In this document: in pieces, positions 32,712-42,406 of the stretch
Position numbering within the stretch: the first letter of the stretch is position 1
Layout: every line of letters starts with the position of its first letter
IMG/VR virus record: IMGVR_UViG_3300021962_000021
Coordinates: 1-64,000 of that record
Length of the DNA: 64,000 nucleotides
Direction: 5' to 3' (one strand)
Position numbers and translations under genes: made by a program
Notes under the pieces: model-generated
What the model saw: the letters and a program-made list of their open reading frames with translations, nothing else
Databases searched by the model: none
What the model was told of the DNA's origin: nothing

Positions 32712-33585
32712 TATATTTGCACTTCCACAAGAATTGGAAGATTTGGCATTAACATTGGAAAGATTAAAAAGAAATTCGGCTTACATAGATAAATCCGTAG
32801 AATACAAAATAGATTTAACACTATCTTTATCGGATGAATTAACCGATTGGGAAAATTCTAAATTACCGAAAGAGTATTTTAGAGATAGAGCAACGGAATT
32901 GTGTGATAAGTATTTAGATTGGGGTGAATATGTATTGAGATTTGATAACAACTCAACAATATTAGGATGTGTTTCTCAAAGAAGAATGAGCTTGAAAAAC
33001 TATTCAGATGCCGATTTTTTTATTTGGTTAGATACGGATATTGTATTTAAAGATACTACATTATATTACATAACATCCGCATATCAAATGATAAAGAGTT
33101 CTGGAATGGATATGTTTATAGTGACTCCACAATTTGTAAAACAATGGGATAATACTTGGGACATAATTACTAATAAAAATTATTGGAATAAACCAATTAA
33201 TTATCATTTAGAATGCGACATATATCAAGAAGGATTACCACAATTAGAAGAAGTGGAAATCACACAAATAAATCAATTAAAATTTGCCGGTGGTTGGTTT
33301 ACATTAATATCAAAACCTTTATTGGATAGAATTGGTATACCCGAATCATTTGGACACTATGGATTGGAAGATACATTTGTTATGGCATGTGGTATGGTTA
33401 TGGCGCAAAACGGAGAAAATGTAGGTCAATTTGTAATGGAAAATTTAATTGTAGGTGAAAATCATAAGAACAGACCAAATCAATCTATAAAACAATATTT
33501 ATCATTAAGGGATAGAAAAGATGAGTTTAAAAAAATAGCTCATTCAAATTGGGAATCGGAAATTAATAAATTTATTCAAAAATGA
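32695..33585 (+). CDS. glycosyltransferase-like protein
   Basis: WLDTDI, GGWFTLI, YGLEDT. Confidence 0.55.
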   Translation: MKGIISIFALPQELEDLALTLERLKRNSAYIDKSVEYKIDLTLSLSDELTDWENSKLPKEYFRDRATELCDKYLDWGEYVLRFDNNSTILGCVSQRRMSLKNYSDADFFIWLDTDIVFKDTTLYYITSAYQMIKSSGMDMFIVTPQFVKQWDNTWDIITNKNYWNKPINYHLECDIYQEGLPQLEEVEITQINQLKFAGGWFTLISKPLLDRIGIPESFGHYGLEDTFVMACGMVMAQNGENVGQFVMENLIVGENHKNRPNQSIKQYLSLRDRKDEFKKIAHSNWESEINKFIQK

Positions 33586-34289
33586 CAATAGAACAATCAA
33601 AGGAAAAATTAAAAAAAAGTGGTTTTACTTATTTTAATTTAAAAGATTTTGATGAAAACGAATATCAGAAATTGGAAGTATTAAAATGTAATGATACTAC
33701 CAATTTTCAAAAACATATGACATCTTTTAGAGGTGATGCGTTATATAATTCAAAACCTGATGGTAAAAATTCAATTTGTGTAAATGATGATTTTACAACA
33801 TTTGAAAATGCAAATCTTAAAAAAAATGAAATAATAGTAAATAGTAAAAAGTTTGCACAATTATGGTTTTTTAGAGGATTGAGTAGAGTATTAGAAGATG
33901 CAAATCTTAAATATTCTTTAAACGAATATGATTCATTGGTAAAAAAGATAATTGATTTTTATTTTGATATGAATCCTATGCAAGAATATTCATCACCAAG
34001 TAGTATAACATATTATAATAATAATTGTTTGTTAGAAAATCATTCTGATGGAACGGGTACCGGTAGAATATGTGCATTACTTATTTATTTAAATGAAACA
34101 TATAGTGAAGAAGATGGTGGAATTTTAATATTAAACAATACGGATAAAGTGATTCCAACATTTGGAACCGTTGCTATTATTGATTTACAATCATTCGATA
34201 TACCACATATGGTTACGGAAGTAGTGGGTGGAATTGGTAGATATGCAATATTATCTTTTGTGAGAAAAAAAGAAGATGAGTTTAAATAA
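33582..34289 (+). CDS. 2OG-Fe(II) oxygenase
   Basis: HSD..RICALLIYLN..GGIL..PHMV..RYAI. Confidence 0.8.
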   Translation: MTIEQSKEKLKKSGFTYFNLKDFDENEYQKLEVLKCNDTTNFQKHMTSFRGDALYNSKPDGKNSICVNDDFTTFENANLKKNEIIVNSKKFAQLWFFRGLSRVLEDANLKYSLNEYDSLVKKIIDFYFDMNPMQEYSSPSSITYYNNNCLLENHSDGTGTGRICALLIYLNETYSEEDGGILILNNTDKVIPTFGTVAIIDLQSFDIPHMVTEVVGGIGRYAILSFVRKKEDEFK

Positions 34290-34330
34290 AATTTTCAATA
34301 TTTATATCAGTATATACAACAAAATATAAT

Positions 34331-34714
34331 ATGAAATTTGAAGTAACTCATCCGAAAATTTGGAAAAAATTGGCAGAAAAACAAATGCCAATGAAAAATA
34401 AACTCAAAATTTACGAAAAACTTGGTGGAGCATATCGTTTGGGAGAAAATGGTGGAGAGCAAGTATTCAATAAAATGACCGAATTGCTTAAACACAAAGC
34501 AAACGAAGAAAATTCTGGTGGTGACCACGAAGTTGGTATGGCTATGGGTCAATTAGAAGATATAATGAAAAACGCAACCGAACTTAAAGGTAAAATCGGA
34601 ACACAAGAGAAAAATCTTCCAGGTTGGATTACAGACCATATTTCACAGGCAATGCAATTTATTAATCAAGCTAACACCGGCTATCACGAATTAGGTGATA
34701 AGGGAGAAAAATAA
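34331..34714 (+). CDS. hypothetical protein
   Basis: DHEVGMA, LPGWITDHI; preceded by TATTTATA at 34299. Confidence 0.65.
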   Translation: MKFEVTHPKIWKKLAEKQMPMKNKLKIYEKLGGAYRLGENGGEQVFNKMTELLKHKANEENSGGDHEVGMAMGQLEDIMKNATELKGKIGTQEKNLPGWITDHISQAMQFINQANTGYHELGDKGEK

Positions 34715-35028
34715 TGGAAAATATATATTCAGTATTAATTACGGCAATTTCGGTATTAGGTGGAACAACCGCTTTTCGTTTTTATGAAAAGAGAGCAATG
34801 CGTAAAGAAAGAGATGATGAATTCATCAGACATGATTGTAAAGACCGTATCGCAAAGTTAGAAGCATTATTAGCTCAATCATCTAAAGAAAAGGATGAAA
34901 TGAGAAATATGATTTTAGATTTAACAAAGCAAGTAGCAGCTTTGACTGTTAAAGTAGAATTTCTTACAAGAGAAAATGAAGAACTTTCTAAAAAAGCTAA
35001 ACCAAAAAAGACATTATTGAATGGTTAA
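34714..35028 (+). CDS. membrane-anchored coiled-coil protein (holin/spanin-like candidate)
   Basis: N-terminal hydrophobic segment, then heptad-rich region. Confidence 0.5.
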   Translation: MENIYSVLITAISVLGGTTAFRFYEKRAMRKERDDEFIRHDCKDRIAKLEALLAQSSKEKDEMRNMILDLTKQVAALTVKVEFLTRENEELSKKAKPKKTLLNG

Positions 35029-35866
35029 GAACGGATTTATAGAAGGATTATGGAATGGAATGAAAGTTGAATTTGGAAAAATTTACAACAATCCATTTGT
35101 TAATGCCTTTAAACCAATACAAGAAGCGGAAAGCAAAAAATTAAGAGTATTTGATTTTGATGATACTTTGGTAAAAACAAAATCTCACATATATGTTAAA
35201 CATGGTGATGGTAAAGAATCAAAATTAACACCGGGTGAATATGCCGTTTATGAACCAAAATCAGATGATAAGTTTGATTTTTCTGATTTTGAAAAAGTAA
35301 AACAACCACAAGAAATAAAAGGAATTACCAAATTATTAAAGACGGTAGCAAAATCCGAAGGAGAAAGAAAGGTTGTAATACTTACTGCAAGAAGTGCATA
35401 TAAACCAGTTAAAGATTACTTAAAAGATATTGGATTGGAAGGAATATATGTTATAGCATTGGGCGATTCTGACCCACAAAAGAAAGCAGATTGGATAGAG
35501 GATAAAATTAAAAAAGGATATGATGATGTTTTCTTCATTGATGATTCTCACAAAAACGTAACAGCTGTGAGTAAATTAAAAGAAAAATATCCTAATATAA
35601 AAATGAAAGTTCAGCACGTAAAGCACGAAACACCTGAACTTCCAAAAAATACATTTAAAAAATCAGAAAAAGATACTCCAATGCCAACCAAAAAATCAGA
35701 ACCAAAAGGAAATGATATGAGTTTAAAATCGTTATTACCAAAAGATTTGGATAAAAAGATTAAAAATCCAGATACTGATAAAATGATTAAAATAAGTTCA
35801 GCATTAAAATACGATAAAAATACAAAAGCATTTAAAGCAGCGCAATTCGCATTAAAAAAGAAATAA
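35021..35866 (+). CDS. HAD-superfamily protein with basic C-terminal extension
   Basis: VFDFDDTL, ILTAR, FIDD. Confidence 0.75.
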   Translation: MVKNGFIEGLWNGMKVEFGKIYNNPFVNAFKPIQEAESKKLRVFDFDDTLVKTKSHIYVKHGDGKESKLTPGEYAVYEPKSDDKFDFSDFEKVKQPQEIKGITKLLKTVAKSEGERKVVILTARSAYKPVKDYLKDIGLEGIYVIALGDSDPQKKADWIEDKIKKGYDDVFFIDDSHKNVTAVSKLKEKYPNIKMKVQHVKHETPELPKNTFKKSEKDTPMPTKKSEPKGNDMSLKSLLPKDLDKKIKNPDTDKMIKISSALKYDKNTKAFKAAQFALKKK

Positions 35867-35869
35867 GTT

Positions 35870-36277
35870 ATGTCACATATTTTATTAAAAGAATTATTAT
35901 CAGACCTTTTTTCTGAAAAGGAAAAAAAAGGAATAATGCCAGAAGAAGAATGGAAAAATTTAGATGATGATAATAGTACTGAAAATATTCAAAAGAAAAT
36001 AAAATATGTTAGAGGATTATCCGATGAATGCAGAAAATATGCTATGGAAAATCATAGTGATTGGAAACATGATGTTGGTAGTGGTAGAGTTAGTGGATTA
36101 AAAATACATCCAGATTTACAAAAGAAAATTGAAGAAGAAGGATTACCATCCGGATTTAGTATGGGTGTAGATAAAAATGGATATTATATACATACGCATA
36201 GAGCAAGAAGTAAATCAAGAACAAATCCAGCTGGTTTCACACATAAAGAAATTAAATTTGTAGATAGTACCGGATAA
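35870..36277 (+). CDS. hypothetical protein
   Basis: 135 aa ORF, YYIHTHRARSKS. Confidence 0.6.
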   Translation: MSHILLKELLSDLFSEKEKKGIMPEEEWKNLDDDNSTENIQKKIKYVRGLSDECRKYAMENHSDWKHDVGSGRVSGLKIHPDLQKKIEEEGLPSGFSMGVDKNGYYIHTHRARSKSRTNPAGFTHKEIKFVDSTG

Positions 36278-36296
36278 TATAAAATAAAAATAAGTT

Positions 36297-36743
36297 ATGA
36301 TATACCTTTTTACAGGTCAGCCAGGAAGTGGTAAAACTACATTGGCAAAAAAATTACAAACGTGGTTACAAACCGATAAGAAGAATTGGAGAAAATCCGT
36401 ATTTCATATTGACGGAGACCAATTAAGAGAATTGTTTCCAAATACAGATTATTCAAAGGAAGGTAGATATAAAAACATCAATAAAGCATTTGATATTGCA
36501 AAATATTTGGATAGTTGTGGTAATGATGTTGTTATTAGTTTAGTTTCACCATATAGAGAGTTAAGAGAAAAATTCAAATCGGAATGCAAGGTGCAAGAAA
36601 TCTACTGTCACACAAAAAAGATGAGAGGTAGAGAAGATAAATTTGCATTAGATTACGAACCACCTATTGAATTTTTTGTAAATTTAGATACATCTGATAA
36701 TCCAGAAAACACATTTAATAAGCTAATAAAAATATTAGTTTGA
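36297..36743 (+). CDS. cysC: adenylyl-sulfate (APS) kinase-like P-loop kinase
   Basis: GQPGSGKTT, IDGDQLR, VVISLVSPY, YEPP. Confidence 0.75.
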   Translation: MIYLFTGQPGSGKTTLAKKLQTWLQTDKKNWRKSVFHIDGDQLRELFPNTDYSKEGRYKNINKAFDIAKYLDSCGNDVVISLVSPYRELREKFKSECKVQEIYCHTKKMRGREDKFALDYEPPIEFFVNLDTSDNPENTFNKLIKILV

Positions 36744-36775
36744 TATACTTATTAGTATAATTAAATGTTAATAGT

Positions 36776-37363
36776 ATGGAACAAATAGAAGAAAGTTTTT
36801 TTCCAAATCTGGAAGATAAACCAAAGGGGAAACGTGGTGTCGGTGCAAAACCACTACTAGAATCTCAAATAAAAGCAGCACAAGAAAAATCACAATCAGC
36901 ATTTGAAGCAGCAAGATTATTGGGTGTATCATATAACACTTATAAAAAATATGCGAAATTATATGGTATTTTTGAAGATTTAAAAAATCCATATGGAATT
37001 GGAATTCATAAAGCAAAAAAGATAAAAAATAAAAAATATCACATTGATGATTTAATTGCAGGAAAGCATTTAAGATATCCTCTTCACAAATTTAAAAATA
37101 AACTATTTGATAGTGGATATGTTCCAAAAGTTTGTGGAAGTTGTGGATTTAGTGAAGAAAGAATTACAGATGGTAAAATGCCATTACTTATAGATTTTTT
37201 AGATGGTAATTTAAATAATAGAAAATTAGATAATATTAGACCACTTTGTTACAATTGTTTTTTCCTATTAGTAGGTGAAAGAAATGTAAAAAATTGGTAT
37301 GAAGAAAACGGAATGCCAGATGAAGAAGAAAATATACAGGAGCAAAGTTCCATTCAGGATTAG
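36776..37363 (+). CDS. HTH plus degenerate HNH-like Zn-finger protein
   Basis: AARLLGVSYNTY; CGSCG..LIDFLDGNLNNRKLDNIRPLCYNC (His positions replaced). Confidence 0.6.
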   Translation: MEQIEESFFPNLEDKPKGKRGVGAKPLLESQIKAAQEKSQSAFEAARLLGVSYNTYKKYAKLYGIFEDLKNPYGIGIHKAKKIKNKKYHIDDLIAGKHLRYPLHKFKNKLFDSGYVPKVCGSCGFSEERITDGKMPLLIDFLDGNLNNRKLDNIRPLCYNCFFLLVGERNVKNWYEENGMPDEEENIQEQSSIQD

Positions 37364-38354
37364 TTTCGGTGGTGGTGGAACAGACATGCCCGATTATTGT
37401 AAATATCATACGGGTGCAGTAATCAATACTACCATTCGTTTATTTACACATACATCTCTACAATTACGAGATGATAATAAAGTTACATTTAAATGGGTAA
37501 ATAAGGATGAATATGAGGAGCATGAGTTTAGTAGTTGGTTGGATTGTTCTTATGGATTAAAACTCTTTAAAGCAACTCACAATCACATATTTACACGCTT
37601 TCAATTAGACCCAATTGGTTACGATATAGTGACCAATCAAGATGTTCCAACTGGTAGTGGATTGGGAACATCATCTACTCTAATTGTTTCTCTTATTGGA
37701 GTGTATATGGAATTATTCAATCTACCATTGGGAGAATATGATATTGCTGAAATGGCAATTCAAATTGAAAGAGTTGAATTAAAAGAAAATGGTGGTAAGC
37801 AAGACCAATACGCAGCTGCATTTGGCGGATTCAATTATATGGAATTCAAAGGAGATGATGTTATCGTAAATCCACTTCGTATCAAAGATAGTGTACAAGA
37901 TGAATTAGAAAACAATGTTGTTCTTTATTTTACAAACTTTACAAGGAAAAGTTCGGATGTGTTGGAAGAGCAAGTAAAGAAAATGAAAGAACAAAACAAA
38001 ACATCAACATTATCATTACATGCATTGGTAGAGCAAGCAAAGTTGATAAAAGATTGCTTAATCAAAGGAAACATAGATGACTTGGGTGAAATATTGGATT
38101 ACGGATTTCAGCAAAAGAAAATGTTGGCAAAAGGAATAAGCACTCCTGAAATAGAATTATTATATGAAACTGCACTAAAAGCAGGTGCAACCGGTGGGAA
38201 AATAAGTGGTGCCGGCGGTGGTGGATTTATGTTTTTCTATTGTCCTAATAATACAAAATATGATGTAATAAAAGCATTGGATAAATTAAAAATGGGTTAT
38301 CATCAACCATTTACTTGGAATAAATTTGGATTAAGAACTTGGCAAATTGGATAA
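37320..38354 (+). CDS. hddA: GHMP kinase, D-glycero-alpha-D-manno-heptose-7-phosphate kinase-like
   Basis: PFRISFGGGGTD, PTGSGLGTSS, GGKQDQY, KISGAGGGG; probable start 37320. Confidence 0.85.
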   Translation: MKKKIYRSKVPFRISFGGGGTDMPDYCKYHTGAVINTTIRLFTHTSLQLRDDNKVTFKWVNKDEYEEHEFSSWLDCSYGLKLFKATHNHIFTRFQLDPIGYDIVTNQDVPTGSGLGTSSTLIVSLIGVYMELFNLPLGEYDIAEMAIQIERVELKENGGKQDQYAAAFGGFNYMEFKGDDVIVNPLRIKDSVQDELENNVVLYFTNFTRKSSDVLEEQVKKMKEQNKTSTLSLHALVEQAKLIKDCLIKGNIDDLGEILDYGFQQKKMLAKGISTPEIELLYETALKAGATGGKISGAGGGGFMFFYCPNNTKYDVIKALDKLKMGYHQPFTWNKFGLRTWQIG

Positions 38355-38388
38355 TTTTACTTATATTTATAAAAGTAAATAAGATAAT

Positions 38389-38799
38389 ATGGCATATAGT
38401 GACAAAGTTTTAGACCACTATTCAAATCCTAAAAATGTAGGAACTTTGGACAAATCTAAAAATAATGTAGGAACAGGATTGGTAGGTGCTCCAGAGTGTG
38501 GTGATGTAATGAGATTACAAATTGAAGTAAACAATAATATCATAACCGATGCAAAATTTAAAACATTTGGTTGTGGTTCAGCAATTGCAGCAAGTTCTTT
38601 AGCAACCGAATGGTTGAAAGGAAAAAGTTTGGATGAAGCCGTAACGATTGATAATATGGATTTGGTAGAAGAATTAAACCTACCACCAGTTAAGATACAT
38701 TGTTCGGTATTGGCAGAAGATGCAATCAAATCTGCAATCAATGATTATAGAAAAAAACAAGGATTAGAAGAATTAGTTTTTGAAGAATCACACATATGA
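38389..38799 (+). CDS. iscU: Fe-S cluster scaffold IscU
   Basis: YSDKVLDH, PECGD, FGCGSA, LPPVKIHCS. Confidence 0.97.
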   Translation: MAYSDKVLDHYSNPKNVGTLDKSKNNVGTGLVGAPECGDVMRLQIEVNNNIITDAKFKTFGCGSAIAASSLATEWLKGKSLDEAVTIDNMDLVEELNLPPVKIHCSVLAEDAIKSAINDYRKKQGLEELVFEESHI

Positions 38800-39119
38800 T
38801 TACAGTCACAGAAACAGCAGCAAAAAAAGTAAAATCATTAATTGAAGAAAGTGGTTTTAAAACACCTTATTTAAGAGTATCCGTTAGGGGTGGTGGGTGT
38901 AGTGGATTATCTTATGACCTTTCATTTGATACCGAACAACAACCAAACGATACCCTTGCAGAAGATAAAGGTGTAAAAATTTTAGTAGATAATAAATCGT
39001 TACTATACTTATTCGGCACTGAATTGGAATTTTCAGATGGTTTAAATGGTAAGGGTTTTCAATTTATAAACCCCAACGCTAGCCGAACTTGTGGATGTGG
39101 GGAAAGTTTTGCAGTATGA
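38796..39119 (+). CDS. iscA: Fe-S cluster carrier IscA/HesB
   Basis: GGGCSGLSY, CGCGESF. Confidence 0.95.
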   Translation: MITVTETAAKKVKSLIEESGFKTPYLRVSVRGGGCSGLSYDLSFDTEQQPNDTLAEDKGVKILVDNKSLLYLFGTELEFSDGLNGKGFQFINPNASRTCGCGESFAV

Positions 39120-39487
39120 TAACTAAACCAGTAAGAGTAGAAAAAAAATGGGGTTACGAATTATGGATTCACAATGACCCTCAATATTGTGGAAAACTAT
39201 TAGTATTCCCACAATCGGGTAATCATTTTTCAATGCATTATCACATGATTAAAAACGAAACTTGGTATATCCAAAGTGGAAGTTTTGAATTTCATTACAT
39301 TGATACCGAACATGGAAAACGTGTTAGAAATATACTTAAAACGGGCGATGTTGTTTATATTGAAAAAGGTAAACCACACCAATTGGTCGCAATGGAAGAT
39401 AATTCGGTAGTATTTGAAGTATCTACGGAACACTTTGATAGTGATTCATATAGAATTTACAGAGAATCACATTATGATTTAAAATAA
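39116..39487 (+). CDS. cupin-domain protein (sugar isomerase-like)
   Basis: KKWGYE, SMHYH..KNETW, HQL, FEVST; start 39116 overlaps the iscA stop. Confidence 0.75.
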   Translation: MITKPVRVEKKWGYELWIHNDPQYCGKLLVFPQSGNHFSMHYHMIKNETWYIQSGSFEFHYIDTEHGKRVRNILKTGDVVYIEKGKPHQLVAMEDNSVVFEVSTEHFDSDSYRIYRESHYDLK

Positions 39488-39489
39488 TT

Positions 39490-40329
39490 ATGTCTACACT
39501 AAGAGCAAAAGAAAATGGTAGTGAGCAAAAGCTGTGGATATTTGGTGATTCATTCACAGGCCAATATTTTTTAGAAAATTCTTGGCAATGGATTTTATAT
39601 CAAAAATTTGTAGGAAAAAAAATATACATAAGTTCCAGAGGTAGTAGAGATACACAAACTATAATTGATATTTTCTTAAGAAACTTACACAAAATAAAAG
39701 CTACCGATTTAGTTATATTATTTTTACCAACAATGTGTAGATGGAGATTACCATTAAAAAATCCTGTATGGGATGTTGAATGGAGTTCCGATTTGTTAAA
39801 AAGTGAAGATTACGAAAAACAATCTTTATTGGATTATTTTATAGGAAGTTTAGGATACGCTGCGGCTCCCACACAAAGTGAGAGAGAACTGGAAGAACCA
39901 CTATCTTTACTACCATATACTATATTTGAACCAACAAAAAATTATGCAGATTTGTTGGATAATTTAGATGCTAGTGAATTTGATAAGATTAAAAAAAATA
40001 TATCCAACTTATCAATCGGTGATGTAAATTCAATGATTTCTGCTTCAAATGCAAATCTCAAAAATATGAATGAAATATTAAATTCATTTAAAAAATATTT
40101 TCCATTTGAACTTTATATAATAAGTTGGACAAACGAATATGATGAAAATATAGTTGAGGGTAGAAAGCATTTGGAAAATTCTTTAAAAGAATGGCATACG
40201 CAGCATATGGATTACATTGAAACAAATGGTGAATCTGGATCAATTCACGATTTTCATTGGTCTAAAAAAATGAATAAATTATTCGCAGATTATCTTATTG
40301 CTAAATTTCCACAATTTTTTAACTTATGA
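39490..40329 (+). CDS. SGNH-like hypothetical protein
   Basis: IFGDSFT, late DFHWS. Confidence 0.5.
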   Translation: MSTLRAKENGSEQKLWIFGDSFTGQYFLENSWQWILYQKFVGKKIYISSRGSRDTQTIIDIFLRNLHKIKATDLVILFLPTMCRWRLPLKNPVWDVEWSSDLLKSEDYEKQSLLDYFIGSLGYAAAPTQSERELEEPLSLLPYTIFEPTKNYADLLDNLDASEFDKIKKNISNLSIGDVNSMISASNANLKNMNEILNSFKKYFPFELYIISWTNEYDENIVEGRKHLENSLKEWHTQHMDYIETNGESGSIHDFHWSKKMNKLFADYLIAKFPQFFNL

Positions 40330-40526
40330 GTATAAAGAGTTCTAAAGAAAACCTTAGTAAAACGGAAAAATCGCAAAAATTCGAATACATATTTGAAGAT
40401 GATGAATCTAAATCTATTTGGAAATATGACTTGAAGAAATTCCCGAATGGGCCCGTTTCGGTTGAATATCATTGGAAAGCACATTATCTAAAAGAATTAG
40501 AATTAAAAAGAAAAAGAGGAAGATAA
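40326..40526 (+). CDS. hypothetical protein
   Basis: 66 aa ORF in operon. Confidence 0.55.
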   Translation: MSIKSSKENLSKTEKSQKFEYIFEDDESKSIWKYDLKKFPNGPVSVEYHWKAHYLKELELKRKRGR

Positions 40527-40582
40527 TTTGGTTGTATCAAATTTTTTCCTTATATTTACTTAACAAACAAAAAACAGCAATT

Positions 40583-40765
40583 ATGGCTAGTAAAAAAGAA
40601 GAATTATTCCAAACAATGAAAGAATTGTGGAATAAATTTGAAGAAGAACACAACAAGACAACAAAGGTATCACAAAAAAATGCAAGAACCTTAATCGGCG
40701 ACTTAAAAAAAGTAGTTACAGATTATCGTCAAGCATCGGTAGAAGAGACTAAAAGTAGTAATTAA
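40583..40765 (+). CDS. histone H1-like (Hc1-like) small protein
   Basis: NAR..IGDLKK...YRQASV pattern of Bacteroidota Hc1-like proteins; own promoter TTTG 40527, TATATTTA 40551. Confidence 0.6.
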   Translation: MASKKEELFQTMKELWNKFEEEHNKTTKVSQKNARTLIGDLKKVVTDYRQASVEETKSSN

Positions 40766-40790
40766 AATTTACGCAGTCAAATATACTCAC

Positions 40791-40821
40791 AATCCCTCAC
40801 CCTAAAAGTGGGGGATTTTTT
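40791..40821 (+). terminator. intrinsic terminator
   Basis: AATCCCTCAC / GTGGGGGATT stem followed by T run. Confidence 0.8.
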
Positions 40822-40876
40822 GGTAATGTCAAAAATATTTCGTATATTTATTTATTAACAATTAAAAACAAAAGTT

Positions 40877-41083
40877 ATGGCAAAGTATTATTCAGTATTA
40901 GTTGCAGTAGAAGTAGAAGATGCAAAAGGTAAAATTAAGAAAAACAAAGAGCAGTATTTGGTAGATGCAATGTCTTGCACAGAAGCAGAAGCTAAGTTGG
41001 TAAATAAATTTACTAAAGATGCTGTTAAGTTGGAATATGAAGTAGTAAAAGTATCAGAAACAAAAATCATCGAAGTATTTTAA
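40877..41083 (+). CDS. DUF4494-like protein
   Basis: EQYLVDAMSCTEAE, ETKI.EV; promoter TTTG 40819, TATATTTA 40843. Confidence 0.7.
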   Translation: MAKYYSVLVAVEVEDAKGKIKKNKEQYLVDAMSCTEAEAKLVNKFTKDAVKLEYEVVKVSETKIIEVF

Positions 41084-42174
41084 TGAAAATTGGAATTGAT
41101 TTTGGTTCTCTGGAAGATATTAGTAATATACTATGGTGTATAAAAAATCTAAATCTTCAAAAAATTCAAGATAAAAAAGAATTTATTTTGAATGATTCAA
41201 ATGATGAATTTATTTTTGTGCAAAATACAACCGATAGACCATCAGATACAATTCAAAATTGTGATATCAAAATTAGAGCATATCACACATTTCAGGAATG
41301 GAAAAATATGATTGGATATGATTTATTAATTCAATCACAAATTGTTGAAAATTATCATATTTACAATAATGATTTAAAAGAATTTTTAGATGCAGGAAAT
41401 ATAGCATTATCTTCTGCATCTATTTCTTTTAAACATCCTAATTTTTATTATGAACCGCTTTTCAACATAAACTATTTTTATTATTTTTATGGATTTAATT
41501 ATTTAAATTATTACAAAATAAAAACTGATAAGTTAGGTTTAATTGGTTGTTATCATAAAGGCGGTGGAAAATCGTGGAGAGATGAAATTTTTAATACTAT
41601 TAAAAATGATTTACAAAATGATTTAATTAGTTTTCAAAATAGAGATTACAACTATAAAAATTTATATCAACCATATTCGAATGAATATGAAATAGGATTT
41701 AATTTGTGGGGATTAAATCATATATCAGGATATATAGATTATAAAATGGCATCTTGCAATCTTATATTTGAAACAATGCAACACAATGGTAATAATGAAG
41801 AACATGATACCAGAATGTTTGATAGAAGATATATTACAGAAAAAACCACAAAAGCTTTAATTTACGGTCAGGAAGAAATATTTTTCATTTGGTATGGTCC
41901 ACAAGATATTTATGAATATTTGATGGATATGGGATTTTGGTTTTATAATTCGGAATTTTATAAAGGAGACATAATACAATCCGTATATGATGCATCAAAT
42001 GAGTTGAAAAAATTAAAAATAGAATTAGGAAATAACAATGCGGTTTATGATTATCTAAAAGAAAATTATGGGCATAAATTAAAAAACAATGTAGATTTGT
42101 TTTATAAAATGTTGGATTGTTATTACAAAAAAGATGAGGTTTTAAATTTAATAAAAAATGGAAAAAGAAATTAA
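41083..42174 (+). CDS. hypothetical protein
   Basis: 363 aa Tyr/Asn-rich ORF with FET..ITEKT.K motif. Confidence 0.6.
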   Translation: MKIGIDFGSLEDISNILWCIKNLNLQKIQDKKEFILNDSNDEFIFVQNTTDRPSDTIQNCDIKIRAYHTFQEWKNMIGYDLLIQSQIVENYHIYNNDLKEFLDAGNIALSSASISFKHPNFYYEPLFNINYFYYFYGFNYLNYYKIKTDKLGLIGCYHKGGGKSWRDEIFNTIKNDLQNDLISFQNRDYNYKNLYQPYSNEYEIGFNLWGLNHISGYIDYKMASCNLIFETMQHNGNNEEHDTRMFDRRYITEKTTKALIYGQEEIFFIWYGPQDIYEYLMDMGFWFYNSEFYKGDIIQSVYDASNELKKLKIELGNNNAVYDYLKENYGHKLKNNVDLFYKMLDCYYKKDEVLNLIKNGKRN

Positions 42175-42406
42175 AGAACAAAAAGAGCTTGTATTAAAAA
42201 GAGTTCCACCGGGAGACAGATGGGTGTTTGCTACAACTCCAAAGGGAACAATTTATTCATCTCTAACCGATGCATTGGAAGCTTGGTATCAAAACACAGG
42301 CGATACTAATTTTTATATCGAAGCAAGAAAAGGAACGGTTGAAATTATTAAGCAAGAAGAAGTAGAAATACCTGTTAAGAGATTTTCATTATATGGGGAA
42401 GATTAA
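42158..42406 (+). CDS. hypothetical protein
   Basis: 82 aa ORF in operon. Confidence 0.6.
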   Translation: MEKEIKEQKELVLKRVPPGDRWVFATTPKGTIYSSLTDALEAWYQNTGDTNFYIEARKGTVEIIKQEEVEIPVKRFSLYGED

